Source: Eledone cirrhosa (lineage: Eukaryota). From it: a stretch of DNA of 64,000 bases. The notes under the pieces are model-generated. The model was not told the DNA's origin. It made no database searches and saw only the letters and a list, made by a program, of their open reading frames with translations. Where the stretch lies: assembly GCA_964016885.1 (NCBI GenBank), contig OZ024743.1, positions 297,352,001 through 297,416,000 of the forward strand. The letters are read 5' to 3'. Made by a program: the position numbers and the translations under genes. Positions 1 through 12,920 of the stretch are shown here, piece after piece (the stretch's first letter is position 1; every line of letters begins with the position of its first letter).

Positions 1-3000
1 GATACCAGTGACGTATGTAAGAGTTACGAGAGGAGATACCAGTGACGTCTGTAAGAGTTAGGAGAGGAGATACCAGTGACGTATGTAAGAGTTAGGAGAG
101 GAGATTCCAGTGACGTACGTAAGAGTTAGGAGAGGAGATACCAGTGACGTATGGAAGAGTTAGGAAGGAGATATCAGTGACGTATGTAAGAGTTAGGAGA
201 GGATATACCAGTGACGTATGGAAGAGTTAGGAAGGAGATATCAGTGACGTATGTAAGAGTTAGGAGAGGAGATACCAGTGACGTATGTAAGAGTTAGGAG
301 AGGAGATACCAGTGACGTATGTAAGAGTTAGGAGAGGAGATTCCAGTGACGTACGTAAGAGTTAGGAGAGGAGATACCAGTGACGTATGTAAGAGTTAGG
401 AGAGGAGATACCAGTGACGTATGTAAGTGTTACGAGAGGAGATACCAGTGACGTATGTAAGTGTTACGAGAGGAGATACCAGTGACGTATGTAAGAGTTA
501 CGAGAGGAGATACCAGTGACGTATGTAAGTGTTATGAGAGGAGATATCAGTGACGTATGTAAGAGTTAGGAGAGGAGATACCAGTGACGTATGTAAGAGT
601 TAGGAGAAGAGATACCAGTGACGTATGTAAGAGTTAGGAGAGGAGATACCAGTGCCGTATGTAAGAGTTAGGAGAGGAGATACCAGTGACGTATGGAAGA
701 GTTAGGAAGGAGAAATCAGTGACGTATGTAAGAGTTAGCAAGGAGATACCAGTGACGTATGTAAGAGTTAGGGGAGGAGATACCAGTGACGTATGTAAGA
801 GTTAGGAGAGGAGATACCAGTGACGTATGTAAGAGTTAGGAGAGGAGATACCAGTGACGTATGGAAGAGTTAGGAAGGAGATATCAGTGACGTATGTAAG
901 AGTTAGGAGAGGAGATACCAGTGACGTATGTAAGAGTTAGGAGAGGAGATACCAGTGACGTATGTAAGAGTTAGGAGAGGAGATACCAGTGACGTTTGTA
1001 AGAGTTAGGAGAGGAGATACCAGTGACGTATGCAAGAGTTAGGAGAGGAGATACCAGTGACGTATGTAAGAGTTAGGAAGGAGATATCAGTGACGTATGT
1101 AAGAGTTAGGAGAGGAGATACCAGTGACGTATGTAAGAGTTCGGAGAGGAGATACCAGTGACGTATGTAAGAGTTAGGAGAGGAGATACCAGTGACGTAT
1201 GTAAGAGTTAGGAGAGGAGATACCAGTGACGTATGTAAGTGTTAGGGGAAGAGATACCAGTGACGTATGTAAGAGTTACGAGAGGAGATACCGGTGACGT
1301 ATGTAAGTGTTAGGGGAGGAGATACCAGTGACGTATGTAAGAGTTAGGAGAGGAGATACCAGTGACGTATGTAAGAGTTAGGAGAGGAGATATCAGTGAC
1401 GTATGTCAGAGTTAGGAAGGAGATACCAGTGCCGAATGTAAGTGTTACGAGAGGAGATACCAGTGACGTATGTAAGAGCTAGGGGAGGAGATACCAGTGA
1501 CGTATGTAAGAGTTAGGAGAGGAGATACGAGTGCCGTATGTAAGAGTTAGGGGAGGAGATACTAGTGACGTATGTAAGAGTTAGGAGAGGAGATACCAGT
1601 GACGTATGTAAGACCTAGGGGAGGAGATACCAGTGACGTATGTAAGAGTTAGGAGAGGAGATACCAGTGACGTATGTAAGAGTCAGGAGAGGAGATACCA
1701 GTGACGTATGTAAGAGTTAGGAGAGGAGATACCAGTGACGTATGTAAGAGTTACGAGAGGAGATACCAGTGACGTATGTAAGTGTTATGAGAGGAGATAT
1801 CAGTGACGTATGTAAGAGTTAGGAGAGGAGATACCAGTGAAGTATGTAAGAGTTAGGAGGGGAGATACCAGTGACGTATGTAAGAGTTAGGAGAGGAGAT
1901 ACCAGTGACGTATGTAAGAGTTAGGAGAGGAGATACCAGTGACGTATGTAAGAGTTAGGAGAGGAGATACCAGTGACGTATGGAAGAGTTAGGAAGGAGA
2001 TATCAGTGACGTATGTAAGAGTTAGCAAGGAGATACCAGTGACGTATGTAAGAGTTAGGGGAGGAGATACCAGTGACGTATGTAAGAGATAGGAGAGGAG
2101 ATACCAGTGACGTATGGAAGAGTTAGGAAGGAGATGTCAGTGACGTATGTAAGAGTTAGGAGAGGAGATACCAGTGACGTATGTAAGAGTTAGGAGAGGA
2201 GATACCAGTGACGTATGTAAGAGTTAGGAGAGGAGATACCAGTGACGTATGTAAGAGTTAGGAAGGAGATATCAGTGTCGTATGTAAAGGTTAGGAGAGG
2301 AGATACCAGTGACGTATGTAAGAGTTAGGAGAGCAGATACCAGTAACGTATGTAAGATTTAGGAGAGGAGATACAAGTGATGTATGTAAGAGTTAAGAGA
2401 GGAGATACCGGTGACGTATTTAAGTGTTAGGAGAGGAGATATCAGTGCCGTATGTAAGAGCTAGGGGAGGAGATACCAGTGACGTATGTAAGAGCTAGGG
2501 GAGGAGATACCAGTGACGTATGTAAGAGTTAGGAGAGGAGATACCAGTGACGTATGTAAGAGTTAAAAGAGGAGATACCAGTGACGTATGTAAGAGTTAG
2601 GAGAGGAGATACCAGTGACGTATGTAAGTGTTACGAGAGGAGATACCAGTGACGTATGTAAGAGTTATGGGAGGAGATACCAGTGACGTATGTAAGAGTT
2701 ACGAGAGGAGATACCAGTGACGTATGTAAGAGTTAGGAGAGGAGATACCAGTGACGTATGTAAGAGCTAGGGGAGGAGATACCAGTGACGTATGTAAGAG
2801 TTAGGGGAGGAGATACCAGTGACGTATGTAAGAGTTAGGAGAGGAGATACCAGTGACGTATGTAAGAGTTACGAGAGGAGATACCAGTGACGTCTGTAAG
2901 AGTTAGGAGGGGAGATACCAGTGACGTATGTAAGAGTTAGGGGAGGAGATACAAGTGACGTATGTAAGAGTTACGAGAGGAGATACCAGTGACGTATGTA

Positions 3001-6000
3001 AGAGTTAGGAGAGGAGATACCAGTGACGTATGTAAGAGTTAGGGGAGGAGATACCAGTGACGTATGTAAGAGTTAGGGGAGGAGATACCAGTGACGTATG
3101 TAAGAGTTAGGAGAGGAGATACCAGTGACGTATGTAAGAGTAAGGAGAGGAGATACCAGTGACGTATGTAAGAGTAAGGAGAGGAGATACCAGTGACGTA
3201 TGTAAGAGTTACGAGAGGAGATACCAGTGCCGTTTGTAAGAGTTAGGATAGGAGATACCTGTGACGTTTGTAAGAGTTAGGAGAGGGGATACCATTGACC
3301 TATGTAAGTGTTAGGAGAGGAGATACCAGTGACGTATGTAAGAGTTAGGGGAGGAGATACCAGTGACGTATGTAAGTGTTAGGAGAGGAGATATCAGTGA
3401 CGTATGTCAGAGTTAGGAGAGGAGATACCAGTGACGTATGTAAGAGTTAGGGGAGGAGATACCAGTGACGTATGTAAGAGTTACGAGAGGAGATACCAGT
3501 GACGTATGTAAGAGTTAGGGGAGGAGATACCAGTGACGTATGGAAGAGTTAGGAAGGAGATATCAGTGACGTATGTAAGAGTTAGGAGAGGAGATACCAG
3601 TGACGTATTTAAGTGTTAGGGGAGGAGATACCAGTGCCGTATGTAAGAGTTAGGAGAGGAGATACCAGTGACGTATGTAAGAGTTACGAGAGGAGATACC
3701 AGTGACGTATGTAAGAGTTACGAGAGGAGATACCAGTGCCGTTTGTAAGAGTTAGGATAGGAGATACCTGTGACGTTTGTAAGAGTTAGGAGAGGAGATA
3801 CCAGTGACGTATGTAAGAGTTAGGAGAGGAGATACCAGTGACGTATGTAAGAGTAAGGAGAGGAGATACCAGTGACGTATGTAAGAGTAAGGAGAGGAGA
3901 TACCAGTGACGTATGTAAGAGTTAGGAGAGGAGATACCAGTGACGTATGTAAGAGTAAGGAGAGGAGATACCAGTGACGTATGTAAGAGTTACGAGAGGA
4001 GATACCAGTGCCGTTTGTAAGAGTTAGGATAGGAGATACCTGTGACGTTTGTAAGAGTTAGGAGAGGAGATACCAGTGACGTATGTAAGTGTTAGGAGAG
4101 GAGATATCAGTGACGTATGTCAGAGTTAGGAGAGGAGATACCAGTGACGTATGTAAGTGTTAGAAGAGGAGATACCAGTGACGTCTGTAAGAGTTAGGAG
4201 GGGAGATACCAGTGACGTATGTAAGAGTTAGGGGAGGAGATACCAGTGACGTATGTAAGAGTTACGAGAGGAGATACCAGTGACGTATGTAAGAGTTAGG
4301 GGAGGAGATACCAGTGACGTATGTAAGTGTTATGGGAGGAGATACCAGTGACGTATGTAAGAGTTACGAGAGGAGATACCAGTGACGTCTGTAAGAGTTA
4401 GGAGGGGAGATACCAGTGACGTATGTAAGAGTTAGGAGAGGAGATACCAGTGACGTATGTAAGAGTTAGGAGAGGAGATACCAGTGACGTATGTAAGAGT
4501 TAGGAGAGGAGATACCAGTGACGTATGTAAGAGTTAGGAGAGGAGATACCAGTGACGTATGTAAGAGTAAGGAGAGGAGATACCAGTGACGTATGTAAGA
4601 GTTACGAGAGGAGATACCAGTGACGTATGTAAGTGTTATGAGAGGAGATATCAGTGACGTATGTAAGAGTTAGGAGAGGAGATACCAGTGAAGTATGTAA
4701 GAGTTAGGAGGGGAGATACCAGTGACGTATGTAAGAGTTAGGAGAGGAGATACCAGTGACGTATGTAAGAGTTAGGAGAGGAGATACCAGTGACGTATGT
4801 AAGAGTTAGGAGAGGAGATACCAGTGAGGTATGGAAGAGTTAGGAAGGAGATATCAGTGACGTATGTAAGAGTTAGCAAGGAGATACCAGTGACGTATGT
4901 AAGAGTTAGGGGAGGAGATACCAGTGACGTATGTAAGAGTTAGGAGAGGAGATACCAGTGACGTATGTAAGAGTTAGGAGAGGAGATACCAGTGACGTAT
5001 GGAAGAGTTAGGAAGGAGATGTCAGTGACGTATGTAAGAGTTAGGAGAGGAGATACCAGTGACGTATGTAAGAGTTAGGAGAGGAGATACCAGTGACGTA
5101 TGTAAGAGTTAGGAGAGGAGATACCGGTGACGTATGTAAGAGTTAGGAGAGGAGATACCAGTGACGTATGTAAGAGTTAGGAGAGGAGATACCAGTGACG
5201 TATGTAAGAGTTAGGAAGGAGATATCAGTGTCGTATGTAAAGGTTAGGAGAGGAGATACCAGTGACGTATGTAAGAGTTAGGAGAGCAGATACCAGTAAC
5301 GTATGTAAGAGTTAGGAGAGGAGATACAAGTGATGTATGTAAGAGTTAGGAGAGGAGATACCGGTGACGTATTTAAGTGTTAGGAGAGGAGATATCAGTG
5401 ACGTATGTAAGTGTTACGAGAGGAGATACCAGTGACGTATGTAAGAGTTAGGGGAGGAGATACCAGTGCCGTATGTAAGAGCTAGGGGAGGAGATACCAG
5501 TGACGTATGTAAGAGCTAGGGGAGGAGATACCAGTGACGTATGTAAGAGTTAGGAGAGGAGATATCAGTGACGTATGTAAGTGTTACGAGAGGAGATACC
5601 AGTGACGTATGTAAGAGTTACGAGAGGAGATGCCAGTGACGTATGTAAGAGTTAGGAGAGGAGATATCAATGACGTATGTAAGAGTTAGGAGAGGAGATA
5701 CCAGTGACGTATGTAAGTGTTACGAGAGGAGATATCAGTGACGTATGTAAGTGTTAGGGGAGGAGATACCAGTGACGTTTGTAAGAGTTACGAGAGGAGA
5801 TACCAGTGACGTATGTAAGAGTTAGGAAAGGAGATATCAATGACGTATGTAAGAGTTAGGAGAGGAGATACCAGTGACGTATGTAATAGTTAGGAGAGGA
5901 GATACCAGTGACGTATGTAAGAGTTAGGAGAGGAGATACCAGTGACGTTTGTAAGAGTTAGGAGAGGAGATACCAGTGACGTATGTAAGAGTTAGGAGAG

Positions 6001-7189
6001 GAGATACCAGTGACGTATGTAAGTGTTACGAGAGGAGATACCAGTGACGTAAGTAAGAGTTAGGGGAGGAGATACCAGTGACGCATGTAAGAGTTAGGGG
6101 AGGAGATACCAGTGACGTATGTAAGAGTTAGGAGAGGAGATACCAGTGACGTATGTAAGAGTTAGGGGAGGAGATACCAGTGACGTATGTAAGAGTTAGG
6201 AGAGGAGATACCAGTGCCGTATGTAAGAGTTAGGGGAGGAGATACCAGTGACGTATGTAAGAGTTAAGGGAGGAGATACCAGTGCCGTATGTAAGAGTTA
6301 GGGGAGGAGATACCAGTGACGTATGTAAGAGTTAGGGGAGGAGATACCAGTGACGTATGTAAGAGTTAGGAGAGGAGATACCAGTGACGTATGTAAGAGT
6401 TAGGGGAGGAGATACCAGTGACGTATGTAAGAGTTAGGAGAGGAAATACCAGTGACGTATGTAAGAGTTAGGGGAGGAGATACCAGTGACGTATGTAAGA
6501 GTTAGGAGAGGAGATACCAGTGCCGTATGTAAGAGTTAGGGGAGGAGATACCAGTGACGTATGTAAGAGTTAGGAAGGAGATATCAGTGACGTATGTCAG
6601 AGTTAGGAGAGGAGATACCAGTGACGTATGTAAGTGTTAGGAGAGGAGATACCAGTGACGTATGTAAGTGTTACGAGAGGAGATACCAGTGACGTATGTA
6701 AGTGTTATGGGAGGAGATACCAGTGACGTATGTAAGAGTTACGAGAGGAGATACCAGTGACGTATATAAGAGTTAGGAGAGGAGATACCAGTGACGTATG
6801 TAAGAGTTAGGAGAGGAGATACCAGTGACGTATGTAAGAGTTAGGGGAGGAGATACCAGTGACGTATGTAAGTGTTATGGGAGGAGATACCAGTGACGTA
6901 TGTAAGAGTTACGAGAGGAGATACCAGAGACGTCTGTAAGAGTTAGGAGAGGAGATACCAGTGACGTATGTAAGAGTTAGGAGAGGAGATTCCAGTGACG
7001 TACGTAAGAGTTAGGAGAGGAGATACCAGTGACGTATGGAAGAGTTAGAAAGGAGATATCAGTGACGTATGTAAGAGTTAGGAGAGGATATACCAGTGAC
7101 GTATGGAAGAGTTAGGAAGGAGATATCAGTGACGTATGTAAGAGTTAGGAGAGGAGATACCAGTGACGTATGTAAGAGTTAAAAGAGGA

Positions 7190-10100
7190 GATACCAGTTA
7201 CGTATGTAAGTGTTACGAGAGGAGATACAAGTGACGTATGTAAGAGTTACGAGAGGAGATACCAGTGACGTATGTAAGTGTTATGAGAGGAGATATCAGT
7301 GACGTATGTAAGAGTTAGGAGAGGAGATACCAGTGACGTATGTAAGAGTTAGGAGAGGAGATACCAGTGACGTATGTAAGAGTTAGGAGAGAAGATACCA
7401 GTGACGTATGTAAGAGTTAGGAGAGGAGATACCAGTGACGTATGGAAGAGTTAGGAAGGAGAAATCAGTGACGTATGTAAGAGTTAGCAAGGAGATACCA
7501 GTGACGTATGTAAGAGTTAGGGGAGGAGATACCAGTGACGTATGTAAGAGTTAGGAGAGGAGATACCAGTGACGTATGTAAGAGTTAGGAGAGGAGATAC
7601 CAGTGACGTATGTAAGAGTTAGGAGAGGAGATACCAGTGATGTTTGTAAGAGTTAGGAGAGGAGATACCAGTGACGTATGTAAGAGTTAGGAGAGGAGAT
7701 ACCAGTGACGTATGTAAGAGTTAGGAAGGAGATATCAGTGACGTATGTAAGAGTTAGGAGAGGAGATACCAGTGACGTATGTAAGAGTTCGGAGAGGAGA
7801 TACCAGTGACGTATGTAAGAGTTAGGTGAGGAGATACCAGTGACGTATGTAAGAGTTAGGAGAGGAGATACCAGTGACGTATGTAAGAGTTAGGAGAGGA
7901 GATACCAGTGACGTATGTAAGTGTTAGGGGAAGAGATACCAGTGACGTATGTAAGAGTTAAGAGAGGAGATACCGGTAACGTATGTAAGTGTTAGGGGAG
8001 GAGATACCAGTGACGTATGTAAGAGTTAGGAGAGGAGATACCAGTGACGTATGTAAGAGTTAGGAGAGGAGATATCAGTGACGTATGTCAGAGTTAGGAA
8101 GGAGATACCAGTGCCGAATGTAAGTGTTACGAGAGGAGATACCAGTGACGTATGTAAGAGCTAGGGGAGGAGATACCAGTGACGTATGTAAGAGTTAGGA
8201 GAGGAGATACGAGTGCCGTATGTAAGAGTTAGGGGAGGAGATACCAGTGACGTATGTAAGAGTTAGGAGAGGAGATACCAGTGACGTATGTAAGAGCTAG
8301 AGGAGGAGATACCAGTGACGTATGTAAGAGTTAGGAGAGGAGATACCAGTGACGTATGTAAGTGTTATGAGAGGAGATATCAGTGACGTATGTAAGAGTT
8401 AGGAGAGGAGATACCAGTGAAGTATGTAAGAGTTAGGAGGGGAGATACCAGTGACGTATGTAAGAGTTAGGAGAGGAGATACCAGTGACGTATGTAAGAG
8501 TTAGGAGAGGAGATACCAGTGACGTATGTAAGAGTTAGGAGAGGAGATACCAGTGACGTATGGAAGAGTTAGGAAGGAGATATCAGTGACGTATGTAAGA
8601 GTTAGCAAGGAGATACCAGTGACGTATGTAAGAGTTAGGGGAGGAGATACCAGTGACGTATGTAAGAGTTAGGAGAGGAGATACCAGTGACGTATGTAAG
8701 AGATAGGAGAGGAGATACCAGTGACGTATGGAAGAGTTAGGAAGGCGATGTCAGTGACGTATGTAAGAGTTAGGAGAGGAGATACCAGTGAAGTATGTAA
8801 GAGTTAGGAGAGGAGATACCAGTGACGTATGTAAGAGTTAGGAAAGGAGATACCAGTGACGTTTGTAAGAGTTAGGAGAGGAGATACCAGTGACGTATGT
8901 AAGAGTTAGGAGAGGAGATACCAGTGACGTATGTAAGAGTTAGGAAGGAGATGTCAGTGTCGTATGTAAAGGTTAGGAGAGGAGATACCAGTGACGTATG
9001 TAAGAGTTAGGAGAGCAGATACCAGTACCGTATGTAAGAGTTAGGAGAGGAGATACAAGTGATGTATGTAAGAGTTAAAAGAGGAGATACCAGTGACGTA
9101 TGTAAGAGTTAGAAGAGGAGATACCAGTTACGTATGTAAGTGTTACGAGAGGAGATACAAGTGACGTATGTAAGAGTTACGAGAGGAGATACCAGTGACG
9201 TATGTAAGTGTTATGAGAGGAGATATCAGTGACGTATGTAAGAGTTAGGAGAGGAGATACCAGTGACGTATGTAAGAGTTAGGAGAGGAGATACCAGTGA
9301 CGTATGTAAGAGTTAGGAGAGGAGATACCAGTGACGTATGTAAGAGTTAGGAGAGGAGATACCAGTGACGTATGCAAGAGTTAGGAAGGAGAAATCAGTG
9401 ACGTATGTAAGAGTTAGCAAGGAGATACCAGTGACGTATGTAAGAGTTAGGGGAGGAGATACCAGTGACGTATGTAATAGTTAGGAGAGGAGATACCAGT
9501 GACGTATGTAAGAGTTAGGAGAGGAGATACCAGTGACGTATGTAAGAGTTAGGAGAGGAGATACCAGTGACGTTTGTAAGAGTTAGGAGAGGAGATACCA
9601 GTGACGTATGTAAGAGTTAGGAGAGGAGATACCAGTGACGTATGTAAGAGTTAGGAAGGAGATATCAGTGACGTATGTAAGAGTTAGGAGAGGAGATACC
9701 AGTGACGTATGTAAGAGTTCGGAGAGGAGATACCAGTGACGTATGTAAGAGTTAGGAGAGGAGATACCAGTGACGTATGTAAGAGTTAGGAGAGGAGATA
9801 CCAGTGACGTATGTAAGAGTTAGGAGAGGAGATACCAGTGACGTATGTAAGTGTTAGGGGAAGAGATACCAGTGACGTATGTAAGAGTTAAGAGAGGAGA
9901 TACCGGTGACGTATGTAAGTGTTAGGGGAGGAGATACCAGTGACGTATGTAAGAGTTAGGAGAGGAGATACCAGTGACGTATGTAAGAGTTAGGAGAGGA
10001 GATATCAGTGACGTATGTCAGAGTTAGGAAGGAGATACCTGTGCCGAATGTAAGTGTTACGAGAGGAGATACCAGTGACGGATGTAAGAGCTAGGGGAGG

Positions 10101-12920
10101 AGATACCAGTGACGTATGTAAGAGTTAGGAGAGGAGATACGAGTGCCGTATGTAAGAGTTAGGGGAGGAGATACCAGTGACGTATGTAAGAGTTAGGAGA
10201 GGAGATACCAGTGACGTATGTAAGAGCTAGGGGAGGAGATACCAGTGACGTATGTAAGAGTTAGGAGAGGAGATACCAGTGACGTATGTAAGTGTTATGA
10301 GAGGAGATATCAGTGACGTATGTAAGAGTTAGGAGAGGAGATACCAGTGAAGTATGTAAGAGTTAGGAGGGGAGATACCAGTGACGTATGTAAGAGTTAG
10401 GAGAGGAGATACCAGTGACGTATGTAAGAGTTAGGAGAGGAGATACCAGTGACGTATGTAAGAGTTAGGAGAGGAGATACCAGTGACGTATGGAAGAGTT
10501 AGGAAGGAGATATCAGTGACGTATGTAAGAGTTAGCAAGGAGATACCAGTGACGTATGTAAGAGTTAGGGGAGGAGATACCAGTGACGTATGTAAGAGTT
10601 AGGAGAGGAGATACCAGTGACGTATGTAAGAGATAGGAGAGGAGATACCAGTGACGTATGGAAGAGTTAGGAAGGCGATGTCAGTGACGTATGTAAGAGT
10701 TAGGAGAGGAGATACCAGTGAAGTATGTAAGAGTTAGGAGAGGAGATACCAGGGACGTATGTAAGAGTTAGGAAAGGAGATACCAGTGACGTTTGTAAGA
10801 GTTAGGAGAGGAGATACCAGTGACGTATGTAAGAGTTAGGAGAGGAGATACCAGTGACGTATGTAAGAGTTAGGAAGGAGATGTCAGTGTCGTATGTAAA
10901 GGTTAGGAGAGGAGATACCAGTGACGTATGTAAGAGTTAGGAGAGCAGATACCAGTACCGTATGTAAGAGTTAGGAGAGGAGATACAAGTGATGTATGTA
11001 AGAGTTAAAAGAGGAGATACCAGTGACGTATGTAAGAGTTAGAAGAGGAGATACCAGTTACGTATGTAAGTGTTACGAGAGGTGATACAAGTGACGTATG
11101 TAAGAGTTACGAGAGGAGATACCAGTGACGTATGTAAGTGTTATGAGAGGAGATATCAGTGACGTATGTAAGAGTTAGGAGAGGAGATACCAGTGACGTA
11201 TGTAAGAGTTAGGAGAGGAGATACCAGTGACGTATGTAAGAGTTAGGAGAGGAGATACCAGTGACGTATGTAAGAGTTAGGAGAGGAGATACCAGTGACG
11301 TATGCAAGAGTTAGGAAGGAGAAATCAGTGACGTATGTAAGAGTTAGCAAGGAGATACCAGTGACGTATGTAAGAGTTAGGGGAGGAGATACCAGTGACG
11401 TATGTAATAGTTAGGAGAGGAGATACCAGTGACGTATGTAAGAGTTAAGAGAGGAGATACCAGTGACGTATGTAAGAGTTAGGAGAGGAGATACCAGTGA
11501 CGTTTGTAAGAGTTAGGAGAGGAGATACCAGTGACGTATGTAAGAGTTAGGAGAGGAGATACCAGTGACGTATGTAAGAGTTAGGAAGGAGATATCAGTG
11601 ACGTATGTAAGAGTTAGGAGAGGAGATACCAGTGACGTATGTAGGAGTTGGGAGAGGAGATACCAGTGACGTATGTAAGAGTTAGGAGAGGAGATACCAG
11701 TGACGTATGTAAGAGTTAGGAGAGGAGATACCAGTGACGTATGTAAGAGTTAGGAGAGGAGATACCAGTGACGTATGTAAGTGTTAGGGGAAGAGATACA
11801 AGTGACGTATGTAAGAGTTAAGAGAGGAGATACCGGTGACGTATGTAAGTGTTAGGGGAGGAGATACCAGTGACGTATGTAAGAGTTAGGAGAGGAGATA
11901 CCAGTGACGTATGTAAGAGTTAGGAGAGGAGATATCAGTGACGTATGTCAGAGTTAGGAAGGAGATACCTGTGCCGAATGTAAGTGTTACGAGAGGAGAT
12001 ACCAGTGACGGATGTAAGAGCTAGGGGAGGAGATACCAGTGACGTATGTAAGAGTTAGGAGAGGAGATACGAGTGCCGTATGTAAGAGTTAGGGGAGGAG
12101 ATACCAGTGACGTATGTAAGAGTTAGGAGAGGAGATACCAGTGACGTATGTAAGAGCTAGGGGAGGAGATACCAGTGACGTATGTAAGAGTTAGGAGAGG
12201 AGATACCAGTGACGTATGTAAGTGTTATGAGAGGAGATATCAGTGACGTATGTAAGAGTTAGGAGAGGAGATACCAGTGAAGTATGTAAGAGTTAGGAGG
12301 GGAGATACCAGTGACGTATGTAAGAGTTAGGAGAGGAGATACCAGTGACGTATGTAAGAGTTAGGAGAGGAGATACCAGTGACGTATGTAAGAGTTAGGA
12401 GAGGAGATACCAGTGACGTATGGAAGAGTTAGGAAGGAGATATCAGTGACGTATGTAAGAGTTAGCAAGGAGATACCAGTGACGTATGTAAGAGTTAGGG
12501 GAAGAGATACCAGTGACGTATGTAAGAGTTAGGAGAGGAGATACCAGTGACGTATGTAAGAGATAGGAGAGGAGATACCAGTGACGTATGGAAGAGTTAG
12601 GAAGGAGATGTCAGTGACGTATGTAAGAGTTAGGAGAGGAGATACCAGTGAAGTATGTAAGAGTTAGGAGAGGAGATACCAGTGACGTATGTAAGAGTTA
12701 GGAAAGGAGATACCAGTGACGTTTGAAAGAGTTAGGAGAGGAGATACCAGTGACGTATGTAAGAGTTAGGAGAGGAGATACCAGTGACGTATGTAAGAGT
12801 TAGGAAGGAGATGTCAGTGTCGTATGTAAAGGTTAGGAGAGGAGATACCAGTTACGTATGTAAGAGCTAGGAGAGCAGATACCAGTACCGTATGTAAGAG
12901 TTAGGAGAGGAGATACAAGT
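7190..12920 (+). repeat. Higher-order repeat: three tandem copies of a 1,930-bp (57-monomer) block
   Basis: ATACCAGTTA occurs at 7191/9121/11051, GAAGG(C/A)GATGTC at 8741/10671/12601 and ACCAGTACCG at 9021/10951/12881, all exactly 1,930 apart (57x34 minus 8 for 33-bp monomers). Confidence 0.93.
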
